Assembly: GCA_965248575.1 (NCBI GenBank) | Contig: CBDFJQ010000002.1 | Location: 256,001 to 320,000 of the forward strand | Length of the DNA stretch: 64,000 bases | Direction: 5' to 3' | From: Planctomycetota bacterium | GTDB lineage: Bacteria; Planctomycetota; B15-G4 | Shown: positions 10,136 to 19,078 of the stretch, one piece after another | How positions within the stretch are numbered: position 1 is the stretch's first letter | Layout: each line of letters begins with the position of its first letter | Position numbers and translations under genes: made by a program | The notes under the pieces: model-generated | Seen by the model: the letters and a program-made list of their open reading frames with translations, nothing else | Told to the model about the DNA's origin: nothing | Databases searched by the model: none

Positions 10136-10242
10136 GCGCTCAGGAGTTGGCGGGCGTGGGGTGCGGGTGCGGACCCGTGAACCGCTGCTCCGGGGATGCT
10201 AGCGTCAGGCCTTGCGCTGATCCTTGATGAGGGGTGTGAACC

Positions 10243-11352
10243 GTGGCTGCCGAAACGAAACCAACTGACGAGAGCGACCAGCCTTCAACGGCGGCAGGGA
10301 ACCCGCTGAAAGCGAAGGCCAAAGCCAAATCCAAGGGCCTGCGGCTCCCCGTGTTCGGCAAGCCTGCGCCGGGCTGGGTGGCACGCTTGGAGCAGCTGGC
10401 GGAAACCCCCATTCGTGGGGGCGCGGCTGATGCCGAACCCCGTGACGAGCGCGTGGCCCGGGCCCTGACCGAACTGATCAAGACCGTCGGCTTCCGCAAT
10501 CACGCCTGTCAGCTGAAGTTCTTCGACGTGGCGCAAGCCAATGGCCTGCACGTCATGCGGCGCCACTTCTACAACCCCATGCCCGACACCTCAGGGCTGG
10601 ATGAGCAGCTCTGGGAGCGCCGCGCCGATGCCGACGGTGGCGTCGACATGCGCGAGCAGGCACAGCTGGAACTGCTCAAGACCCTGGGCGCCTTCTCCCA
10701 CGAGTTGCAGGATGTCCCCGTCGACTGCGAAGACGAGAGTGTCTATCGCTGGGGCAACCCTGCCTTCTGGCCGGGTGATGGGGCTGTCTACTACTCGATG
10801 ATCCGGTCGCTCGGCGCCAAGCGGATCCTCGAGGTGGGCAGCGGGCACTCCACGCGCATGGCGGCCAAAGCCGCAGCCATGAATGGTGCTGAGCTCAGCT
10901 GCATCGAGCCCTATCCCATGGAGTCCCTCAAGCAGCCGGGTTTCGCACGGCTGATCGAGAGCCCTGTGCAGGAGGTTCCGCTCGAGACTTTCGACGTCCT
11001 GGAAGCCGGTGACATCCTGTTCATCGACAGCACGCATGTGTCCAAGATCGGCTCGGACGTGAATCACTTGTTCCTGCGTGTGATTCCGCGACTCAAGCCC
11101 GGCGTGGTGATCCACGTGCACGACATCTTCCTGCCTTGGGAGATGCCGCGCGCCTGGGTCGTGGACCGGAAGATCTTCTGGAACGAGCAATACATGCTCC
11201 AGGCCCTGCTGACATGCAACCCGTCGTTCGAGGTCCTGCTCGGCAACCAGTTCCTGGGGCGCTTGCACAAGGGTGCCTTCAAGGCCGCCTTTCCGTGCAT
11301 CCCTGACACCTATGCAGCAGGCGGCGTGAGTTTCTGGTTCCGGCGCGCTTGA
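10243..11352 (+). CDS. Class I SAM-dependent methyltransferase (Methyltransf_24-like)
   Basis: ILEVGSGHST, CIEPYP, LFIDSTH, LKPGVVIHVHDIFLP, WNEQY. Confidence 0.88.
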   Translation: MAAETKPTDESDQPSTAAGNPLKAKAKAKSKGLRLPVFGKPAPGWVARLEQLAETPIRGGAADAEPRDERVARALTELIKTVGFRNHACQLKFFDVAQANGLHVMRRHFYNPMPDTSGLDEQLWERRADADGGVDMREQAQLELLKTLGAFSHELQDVPVDCEDESVYRWGNPAFWPGDGAVYYSMIRSLGAKRILEVGSGHSTRMAAKAAAMNGAELSCIEPYPMESLKQPGFARLIESPVQEVPLETFDVLEAGDILFIDSTHVSKIGSDVNHLFLRVIPRLKPGVVIHVHDIFLPWEMPRAWVVDRKIFWNEQYMLQALLTCNPSFEVLLGNQFLGRLHKGAFKAAFPCIPDTYAAGGVSFWFRRA

Positions 11353-11355
11353 AGC

Positions 11356-12204
11356 GTGGAGCCCCGCTCGCAACAGCAGGCAGAACCACCCCGATCGCCG
11401 GGTGTGTTCATTCTCGGATGCCCGCGCTCAGGAACGAGCGTGCTGGCGTGGAGCCTGGCCGCTCACCCGGCTTTCTGGACCTCTGCTGAATCGGACTACC
11501 TGCACTACGTCTTCGGGCGACGGCAGCTCCGGACGGCCTACCAGACCGCAGCGGGTCGGGCAGACGGGGGCTGGCTGCAGGCGAATGAGGTGGGCTATGC
11601 CGAGTTCGCGCGCGCCATGGGGCTCGGTGTGGAGCGCCTGTACGAGAGTCGTTCGCGCGGCAAGCGTTGGGTGGATGCAACGCCGGGTTACACGCTCATG
11701 GCCGACGACCTGCACCTCATGTGCCCGGAAGCACGCTTCTTGCACATCCTGCGAGACGGGCGGGCCGTGGTCAGCTCCATGCAGCGCAGCGGCTTCGGGA
11801 CGGATTGGTCCAAGGACTTCGGCCTGGCCTGTGAGACGTGGGTGCGTTACGCGTCGGTTGCCGAACAGTTCGTCGCAGCGAACCCTGCGCGAGCCATGAC
11901 GGTGCGTCACGCTGAGATGATTGCGTCGCCTGACCAAGAGTTCGAGCGCATCTTCTCGTTTCTCGGGGAGACCTCTGATGGGAGGGCTGCCGAGATGATC
12001 CGAACCCAACGGATCAACTCGAGTTACGGCAACGCGAAGCTCGAGGATGTGCGCCGCGCCAAGCGGCCGGAAGCGGCTCCGAGCAGCCCCTGGTCGACAT
12101 GGTCGAACCGCGAGCGGAAGATCTTCGAGAAGACTGCAGGCCCGACCATGGAGGCCTTGGGGCTCTCGGCTTCGGGGACACCGAGCGCCGCTGCAGGTCC
12201 CTAG
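11356..12204 (+). CDS. Sulfotransferase (Sulfotransfer_3), close paralog of 4503..5378
   Basis: VFILGCPRSGTS, FWTSAESDYL, HILRDGRAVVSS, RINSSYGN shared with the 4503 gene. Confidence 0.88.
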   Translation: MEPRSQQQAEPPRSPGVFILGCPRSGTSVLAWSLAAHPAFWTSAESDYLHYVFGRRQLRTAYQTAAGRADGGWLQANEVGYAEFARAMGLGVERLYESRSRGKRWVDATPGYTLMADDLHLMCPEARFLHILRDGRAVVSSMQRSGFGTDWSKDFGLACETWVRYASVAEQFVAANPARAMTVRHAEMIASPDQEFERIFSFLGETSDGRAAEMIRTQRINSSYGNAKLEDVRRAKRPEAAPSSPWSTWSNRERKIFEKTAGPTMEALGLSASGTPSAAAGP

Positions 12205-13418
12205 GCCCCGCGCTGACGGTCCGGCTGGCGACCGCTTCCAGTGTGTGTTCCGCTCCTCTTGTCGCGCAGGGATTGGACGAAACGCAGCACATCCTGGGCG
12301 CGGGCTGCCCAGCTGTTGTGCTGGGCGAACTGACGTCGCTCTGCGACCAGGCCGACCCTGGATTCCATGGCTTCCCGCAGCGCGAACACCATGCTCGAGC
12401 AGTCGGCTGCAAAGCGCACAAGGCCATTGAACGATCCCATGTCGGCGACGGGCGACGACACCACGGGCTTGCCCAGGGCAAGGTACTCGTAGAGCTTGAT
12501 GGGGTTGGCCGTCGCGGCGATGGTGCCGGGGCGGAAGGGCAACCAGCAGACGTCGAAGGCATCCATGTAGGCGGGCACCTGCGCGTAGGGCTTCCAGCCG
12601 AGAGTGAAGATGTTGTCCGCCACGGGCAGGCGGGAGCGGCCATCCGCCGGGCCGACGATGACGAAGTCGAACTCAGGCAGAGCTGCGGCCACCGAGCTGA
12701 CGAGATCTGAATCAAACCACTCATAGACCGCACCGACGAAGCCAACGATCGGGCGACGGCCTTGCGCTGCCAGGTCGGCAGGCCTGGGAGAGCTGGCCGC
12801 CAGGGCTTGAAAGGCTCCAGCATCCACGCCGTTCCGGACCGTGGCCAGGGGCAGGCCCGGTCGCTGGGACTGAAGACCCGGGCGCAAGGAGTCCGCCGAG
12901 ACGATGGCCCCCGAGCAGCGCTCCAGCAGCTCTCGCTCCCAGTGTTCGAAGGCGCTGCTGAGGCTCGGGAGTGGGGTGTGCACAGCGACGTCGTCGATGC
13001 AGTCGTAGACGACGTCCCGGAAGGGGAGCTCGGGAAGCCACTCGGCCCAGATCGGCGAGACGACCAGGGCGACGCTGTTGGTCAGGTCCAAGCGGCGCTC
13101 AAGCTGCGCCCGCAGTTCGCGCGCTCTGCGCCGTGAGACGGATCCGAGGCGCTCAGCGGGCCAGCGCGACCAGCGACCCAAGGGGCCCACGGGCCATGGT
13201 CTGAGCACATGGGATTCCGAAGGGAAACGCTGTCCCACGCTGACCTTGGCCGTGAGGCGCTCCAGCCCGCTGCGCAAGGTGGGGACCTGGACGAAGACCA
13301 CCGGCTGCCCCGTCGCCATCCAGGCCTCGGTGAGCATGCGTGAGCGGCCGACCATCGGAAAACGCCAGGTGACGGCGCTCAGGCAGACCAGCTGCACGGG
13401 GGGAGGTGGGGAAGTCAT
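12201..13418 (-). CDS. GT-B glycosyltransferase (GT4/TuaH-like)
   Basis: VYDCID, VRNGVD, GFVGAVYEWFD, NPIKLYEYLALGKPVVS, NSWAAR. Confidence 0.88.
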   Translation of the reverse strand: MTSPPPPVQLVCLSAVTWRFPMVGRSRMLTEAWMATGQPVVFVQVPTLRSGLERLTAKVSVGQRFPSESHVLRPWPVGPLGRWSRWPAERLGSVSRRRARELRAQLERRLDLTNSVALVVSPIWAEWLPELPFRDVVYDCIDDVAVHTPLPSLSSAFEHWERELLERCSGAIVSADSLRPGLQSQRPGLPLATVRNGVDAGAFQALAASSPRPADLAAQGRRPIVGFVGAVYEWFDSDLVSSVAAALPEFDFVIVGPADGRSRLPVADNIFTLGWKPYAQVPAYMDAFDVCWLPFRPGTIAATANPIKLYEYLALGKPVVSSPVADMGSFNGLVRFAADCSSMVFALREAMESRVGLVAERRQFAQHNSWAARAQDVLRFVQSLRDKRSGTHTGSGRQPDRQRGA

Positions 13419-13640
13419 GCGACCTGCGAGTCTATCGGGAGCGGCCGGCTCGTTCTACGCGAGCCCTCCAACTGAGTCTGAGGAGGGTGCGATGAATCCA
13501 TTGAAGAGGGCAGTTGGCGCGAGTACTGTCCACTTGCTTGGGGGGCCCCCGGCACGTGGGTGCAGGATGCCGATCTCCGGTGTCGTACCCAGTCCCTTTT
13601 GCCTCGTCTCTTGCCCCGTCCCTGGTGATGTGGAGGACCC

Positions 13641-14285
13641 TTGGTGCGTTCACTCCGTTCGTTCGCTTTCCTGCTGCTGGCTGCGTGCATCCTCGCGGCC
13701 TGCCAGTCGTCGGCCCGCACCCAGCTTCAACAACACAAGCTCGGCTCTTCCTCGGAACTCGTCGAGCTCGAAGTGTTCTTGGTGGACATCGACAGCGGCG
13801 CCTACGAGCAGGCGCTCTTGCTCGAGGAGCAGCAACTCGAGCAGCTCCTGCCCAAGACGAAATTCTTGCGGGTGATTCCGTTGGAGTCGGTGACGGACGC
13901 GCCGAGCGATGCGACGACCTATGTGTGTCGCGTGGACGCGCAGCACATGCCTGAGCCAGGGCCTGCGCCAGGGCTAACGCCGGATCTCGATGCGGCCATG
14001 CGCATCCAGGCTGTTTGGCTGCCTGCTGGCGGTTGGAACGCCACGGACTCACAAGGTCGTTCGCTGGTCCACGTGGTGGCCTATCGCGTGCAGCCCGCGG
14101 GTGCCGGTTCCAAGAAGGGCGCCAAGACTTTCGAGCTGCAACTGAAGCGCCCCTCGGAGGCCGTCGAGTTGCGGCTGTTCCTGCACAACGAAGGAGAGGG
14201 AACAATCGAGGTGTCGCGCGTTGCGGTCATCGAAGCCACCCCCGCGGCACCCAAGCTGGCAGCGCCGGAAGCACCGGCAGGCTGA
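13641..14285 (+). CDS. Putative lipoprotein, hypothetical
   Basis: Hydrophobic N-terminus ending in lipobox ILAAC; fills the gap between two GT genes; beta-rich C-terminus. Confidence 0.55.
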   Translation: MVRSLRSFAFLLLAACILAACQSSARTQLQQHKLGSSSELVELEVFLVDIDSGAYEQALLLEEQQLEQLLPKTKFLRVIPLESVTDAPSDATTYVCRVDAQHMPEPGPAPGLTPDLDAAMRIQAVWLPAGGWNATDSQGRSLVHVVAYRVQPAGAGSKKGAKTFELQLKRPSEAVELRLFLHNEGEGTIEVSRVAVIEATPAAPKLAAPEAPAG

Positions 14286-14291
14286 CCCAGG

Positions 14292-16571
14292 TTACGGGCG
14301 CGCGCTGAGGCGGGTACCGCCTTCGGGGGACTTGTCGCTGCGGGGGCTCGGTCGGTCAACGCGAATCTCGGTTTCGCGCGCGGCTTCAAGAGCTGCTGCG
14401 TAGACGGTCAGGTACTCGGTGGCCATGCGCGAGACGCTCGCGGGCTTGTAGTCGACTGCTTCCTTCAAGCGCAGCTGGTACTCGTCGCCCGCGGGGACCA
14501 AGAGGTCCCGGAGCTTCTCGAACCACGCTGCGGCTCTCCCAACATCGTTGATGAGCCACCCGCCGCCGTGCTTGCGGACCCGTTCTCCGAGGGCTCCCAG
14601 GTCCGATGCCAGGACGGGGATGCCCGCTGCCCAGGATTCCGTCAGCACGTGACAGTAGGTCTCCGGCCACTGGGAGGGGATGAGCGTCAGGCTGGGCCGG
14701 ATGGCTGCGAGCCTTGCCGGAAGCTCGTCGCGTCGGTAGTCGCCGTGCCAGCGAACACCGAGTTGCTCGAATTCCAGGTCCCCACCGGTGCCCAGGAACT
14801 CCAACTCGAAAGGTGATCCTGCTTCCCGGTTGAGTTCGCAGAGTCGTCGCAAGACATCCGCCCCCTTGGCGCTCGTCAACTGCCCGAAGAACAGCACGAC
14901 AGGTCGCCCCGTTGAGGGAAGGCGAGCGCTGGGGGAGAACTCCCGGTGGCTGCGCCCGTGCTCGATGATCTGCCAGGGTCGTTTTCTCAGGAGCGGGAGG
15001 ACATCCAGCATGATCTCGCGTACGAGCGGAGATGTGGTGATGAGGCTGTCGCACTGCATCAGGGCTCGTCCTGTGCGTCGCTGCCATTCCCTGACATAGC
15101 GATGCTTGAGCGCCGGAAGCTGGGCGACCTGGTTGTCGTCGCCGGGACAGTCGCCCGCTCCTGCCGTGCAGTGCCCGGCACAGAACTGGCCGCGCTCATC
15201 CAGGAGTTTCACCGTGGGGCAGAGGGCGTGGTAGTCGTGCACCGAGAAGACGACGGGGATGTTCTGGGCGCCGAACAACTCGACGATCTCGGGGGCATTG
15301 CCGAGGAAATGACGGATGTGAGCCAAGCGGATGCCGTGCTGTTTCACGACGCGTCGCAGCTCGCTCATCCGGGCCTCATCCAGGGGGAGCCCCAGGCGCC
15401 AGGGTGTCGAAAAACGGGTAATGTGCTCGGCGCTTCCCAAGGCCGCCGGAAAGACCCGAACCGTCCATTCGTGCAGGCCCGTCGTGAGCACGATGCACGG
15501 GTGCCTCTCGCCAACGGATCGAATGAGATCGTTGGTGGTGTTCTGCACGCCCCCAAAGCCAGCGTGCAGAATGTAGAGGATGGGCTCTGGTGCGTGGGCT
15601 GGAGGCGGGGCTGGGCTTGGGACCTGGGTCGGGTCCCGCGTCTGGGTCTGGGTCTCCGCTGATGTGAGTTCGGTCCCGACGCGTCCGGCTCGACGAGCGA
15701 GTTCGCTCCTCACGCGCCGGGCAAGCAGCTCGAACGGGAGGCTCTTGCGCCACGCGGCGATCAGCCCCGCTGCCTCTGGATGCCGTTCATGCAGAGTCGC
15801 CAGGTTGCGCTCGAGGAGCGCCTCTCGGCGTGAGCCGTAGGAGGCGCCGCGCCGGTGGAAGATAAACGTCCTGTCGTCCACCAGGTGGATGAAGCCGGCC
15901 TGGGTGGCGCGGAAGCAGAAGTCGTTCTCCTCCCCGTAGCCGTCCGGAAAGGCTGCTTCGTCGAAGAAGTCGAGGGCCTCCAAGGCCGCGCGCCGCACGT
16001 ACATGCAGAAGCCATGGCCCGTGGGGACCAACGGAAAGTTCCGTGGCGAGAGCGCCGCCACCATGGTGGCCATCTCGTCAACGCTGACCCCTGGGGGGAG
16101 TGTGTTGTCCCGATCCAATTCCGGGATGGAAAAACTCCCCGCTGCATTGCTCAAGGCGGTGACCGTGGCCACCTCGCGCTGACTTCGAGCAACCTGGGAA
16201 AGGCGCGTGAGCCAGCCATCCGAGACGAGCGTGTCGCTGTTGAGGAGCAGCACGTCGCCCTTGGCACGACGGCAGGCCCGATTGATGGAGGCCGTGTAGC
16301 CCAGTCGCTGGCGGTTCCGCATGACGTGCGTGCGGGGATGTTCTGCTGCCAGCTTGTGCAGCGCGGGGGAGACGCGAGCGTCAGTGCTCGCGTCATCCAC
16401 CAGCAGCAGTAGGTGTGCGGCTTGGGTGTGGGCAAGGACGGACGCGATGCAGGCCATCGCATCGTCGTAGGCGTCATGGATCGGCACGATGATCGTGACG
16501 GCAACATCTGGATGCTGGCGTTGGCCAGCAGGGTCGCGGCCCTCAGGGTCGGGTCTGCTTTTCGTGGTCAT
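14292..16571 (-). CDS. Bifunctional GT2 + GT4 glycosyltransferase
   Basis: VDDASTD, LLNSDT, GFCMY and GYGEENDFC (GT2); HDYHALCP and PETYCHVLTESWAAGIPV (GT4); Pro/Thr linker. Confidence 0.9.
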   Translation of the reverse strand: MTTKSRPDPEGRDPAGQRQHPDVAVTIIVPIHDAYDDAMACIASVLAHTQAAHLLLLVDDASTDARVSPALHKLAAEHPRTHVMRNRQRLGYTASINRACRRAKGDVLLLNSDTLVSDGWLTRLSQVARSQREVATVTALSNAAGSFSIPELDRDNTLPPGVSVDEMATMVAALSPRNFPLVPTGHGFCMYVRRAALEALDFFDEAAFPDGYGEENDFCFRATQAGFIHLVDDRTFIFHRRGASYGSRREALLERNLATLHERHPEAAGLIAAWRKSLPFELLARRVRSELARRAGRVGTELTSAETQTQTRDPTQVPSPAPPPAHAPEPILYILHAGFGGVQNTTNDLIRSVGERHPCIVLTTGLHEWTVRVFPAALGSAEHITRFSTPWRLGLPLDEARMSELRRVVKQHGIRLAHIRHFLGNAPEIVELFGAQNIPVVFSVHDYHALCPTVKLLDERGQFCAGHCTAGAGDCPGDDNQVAQLPALKHRYVREWQRRTGRALMQCDSLITTSPLVREIMLDVLPLLRKRPWQIIEHGRSHREFSPSARLPSTGRPVVLFFGQLTSAKGADVLRRLCELNREAGSPFELEFLGTGGDLEFEQLGVRWHGDYRRDELPARLAAIRPSLTLIPSQWPETYCHVLTESWAAGIPVLASDLGALGERVRKHGGGWLINDVGRAAAWFEKLRDLLVPAGDEYQLRLKEAVDYKPASVSRMATEYLTVYAAALEAARETEIRVDRPSPRSDKSPEGGTRLSARP

Positions 16572-16581
16572 GTTGGGGGCG

Positions 16582-17715
16582 TCATCCCACGGTCGTGCGT
16601 TGCGCGGCCTCACGGCGGGCTGGTTGTTCGTGAATCACCCGATGGTACGCCTCAAGGGTTTGCAGGGCGGCACGGTCCCACGTGAACTCCGACTGGATTC
16701 GTTGGCGGAGTGTTTCGGACGGCCCCTGCTCCAGGGCGGACTCCACCGCCCTGAGGATGGATGAGACATCATCGGGTTGACAGTAGCGTGCATGCTCAGC
16801 GAGGTATTCCTCGGTGCACCCGCCGCGCGTCGCCACCAGGGAGCAGCCGCAGAGGGCTGCCTCGAGGTTCACGAGCCCCGGTGTTTCGTACCAGCTGACC
16901 GAGGCGTGCACCTTCGCGCGCCGGAAACAGTCCGCCATCTGCTCGCTACCCAGGGTCTGCAGGAAGCGCACATGGGGCCCAGCTTCCTTTCGGCACTGTC
17001 GTTCATAAGCGGCCGAGGTGGGGCCGGCCTTGCCCACGAACGTGAGCGGGATGTCGGTGCCGCGCAAGGCCCGGATCAGGGAGAGCTGGTTCTTGCGTGG
17101 CTCGATGCGCCCGGCACAGAGGACGCCCGCGCGTTGCGTCGGTGCGCCGAGCTGGTGGAACACCTGGCTGTCCGCAGCACCGTGCACGATGTGGGTCTTG
17201 AGGTTCACCCGGAGCAAGGAGTTCAGGGCCGTCCGTTCCGCGTGGCTCGCAGGCAGGGTGAGGCCGACTGAGTTGAGGATCGCCCGGGCACCGCGCTGGA
17301 AACCGAGCACGGGACGGGTCTCGCCGAACGCACGCGGCGAGCGGCGGATCTGGTCAGCCCATTGATAGGCCAGGCGAACCGTTCGCAGGGCCGATCCCCC
17401 CAGACCGCGGACGATGAGCCGCTGGGTGAAGGAACGTCCCGCCCGATCGAAATCGTCGCTCACCCAGAAGATGGGGCTGAGCACCGTGGGGATGTGATGC
17501 CCCTGGAGGCTTCGACAGTGGGCGAGATTCTCCCAGACCCTGTCGAGGTGGAAGAGGTGCACGACGTCGTAGTGTTGGAGGTCGTCGCCCGGTGTGGGGG
17601 CCAGGGTGATGTCGACCCCCAGGCGCCGCAAGGCGTCGGCCGTGCGCATGATCTGGATGGTGTCGCCGCCCAGCTGCTCCTGCAGTGAGCGTCGGATCAG
17701 CCAGAGCGCCCGCAT
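16582..17715 (-). CDS. GT4 glycosyltransferase
   Basis: GGDTIQ, GRIEPRKNQL, SWYETPGLVNLEAALCG, FTWD. Confidence 0.9.
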   Translation of the reverse strand: MRALWLIRRSLQEQLGGDTIQIMRTADALRRLGVDITLAPTPGDDLQHYDVVHLFHLDRVWENLAHCRSLQGHHIPTVLSPIFWVSDDFDRAGRSFTQRLIVRGLGGSALRTVRLAYQWADQIRRSPRAFGETRPVLGFQRGARAILNSVGLTLPASHAERTALNSLLRVNLKTHIVHGAADSQVFHQLGAPTQRAGVLCAGRIEPRKNQLSLIRALRGTDIPLTFVGKAGPTSAAYERQCRKEAGPHVRFLQTLGSEQMADCFRRAKVHASVSWYETPGLVNLEAALCGCSLVATRGGCTEEYLAEHARYCQPDDVSSILRAVESALEQGPSETLRQRIQSEFTWDRAALQTLEAYHRVIHEQPARREAAQRTTVG

Positions 17716-17737
17716 GGCTTTCCTTCCTGCAGGCAGC

Positions 17738-18958
17738 TCATGAGGGCACAGCCACTTGCCGGTCAGGCTGTGCCGTCCACTCCCGGAAGGCCGGCGTCTG
17801 CATCGAACCGGACATCAAGACCTCGCGGATCCGGCGCGACGCCAGGCCGTCTCCATACACCGGGCGCACCTGCGCCATGGCCGACCACGCTGCTTCGTCC
17901 TCCAGCAGCTGCGTTGCGGAGTCGACGATACGGCGTCCGTTCGTGCCGACGAGTTTCACATTGCCAGCCGCGACAGCTTCGGGGCGCTCCGTGACGTCAC
18001 GCATGACCAGGACCGGCTTGCCAAGTGCTGGAGCTTCCTCCTGCACGCCGCCAGAGTCCGTGAGGATCAAGTGGCTACGACTCATGAGCGTGAGGAAGTC
18101 GAGATACTCCAAGGGTTCCACCAAGTTGATGCGCTCGTTGTTTCCCAGGAGTTCGTTTACGGGCGCCCGCACGTTTGGGTTGAGGTGCACGGGGTAGATC
18201 ACGCGGACGTCCGGAAAACGCTCGACGATTTCGCGGATCCCCTGGCAGAGCTCCCGGAAGGGATCGCCGAAATTCTCGCGCCGATGCGCCGTGACGAGCA
18301 AGAGGCGCTCCCCTGAGCAGTCCAGCTCCGCCGGCAGCTGGTGATCCTTCGCTAGCTCCATGGCCCAGTGCGTCGCATCCACCACCGTGTTGCCGGTGAG
18401 GTGCACGAAGTCGGAGTGGACGCCCTCTGTCAGGAGGGCGCCGGCCGCAGCTTCGGTGGGGGCAAAATGCAGGTCCGCGACGACGCCCGCGATGCGGCGA
18501 TTGACCTCCTCCGGAAAGGGCTGACTCCGGTCGCCCGTGCGCAGACCCGCTTCCACGTGGGCGAAGGGGATTCCCATGAAGTAGGCGGCCATGCCAGCGG
18601 CCATGGCCGTGGTGGTGTCGCCCTGGGCGATGACCACGTCGGGTTGCTCTTCAGCGATCACCTCTCGCAGGCCGAGCAGGCTGCGCCCCAGCAGGCCGAC
18701 GAGATCCTGGTTGGCCCGCATGAGTGCCAGGTCGCGGTCTGGCGTCAGGCCGAAGGTACCGAGGGCGCTCGCCAACATCTCCCGATGTTGTCCCGTGGAG
18801 CAAAGCACCACGTCTGCGCCCTGTTCGGGGCTAGGATCGGGACTGGGCTCGGGCGTCGTGCTCGGAGAGCGCAGCTCTCGGACGACAGGGGCCAGTTTGA
18901 TGGCCTCGGGGCGAGTGCCCAACACCACCAGCAAGCGCTTTCGCGACTCCGAAACCAT
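17738..18958 (-). CDS. wecB: UDP-N-acetylglucosamine 2-epimerase (non-hydrolysing)
   Basis: GTRPEAIKLAP, TGQHREM, QGDTTT, HVEAGLRT, PFPEE, HRREN, DSGGVQEEA, YGDG. Confidence 0.95.
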   Translation of the reverse strand: MVSESRKRLLVVLGTRPEAIKLAPVVRELRSPSTTPEPSPDPSPEQGADVVLCSTGQHREMLASALGTFGLTPDRDLALMRANQDLVGLLGRSLLGLREVIAEEQPDVVIAQGDTTTAMAAGMAAYFMGIPFAHVEAGLRTGDRSQPFPEEVNRRIAGVVADLHFAPTEAAAGALLTEGVHSDFVHLTGNTVVDATHWAMELAKDHQLPAELDCSGERLLLVTAHRRENFGDPFRELCQGIREIVERFPDVRVIYPVHLNPNVRAPVNELLGNNERINLVEPLEYLDFLTLMSRSHLILTDSGGVQEEAPALGKPVLVMRDVTERPEAVAAGNVKLVGTNGRRIVDSATQLLEDEAAWSAMAQVRPVYGDGLASRRIREVLMSGSMQTPAFREWTAQPDRQVAVPS

Positions 18959-19078
18959 CCACGACCCTCCCGGGGTGTTGCGCGAAAAGGGGGGAGCCTT
19001 TCCGTTGTGTTGAGCCGCCAAACTCAACACATGGGCGAGCATATCACCGCAGGAATGGGCATCGATGCATTCTTTCGC

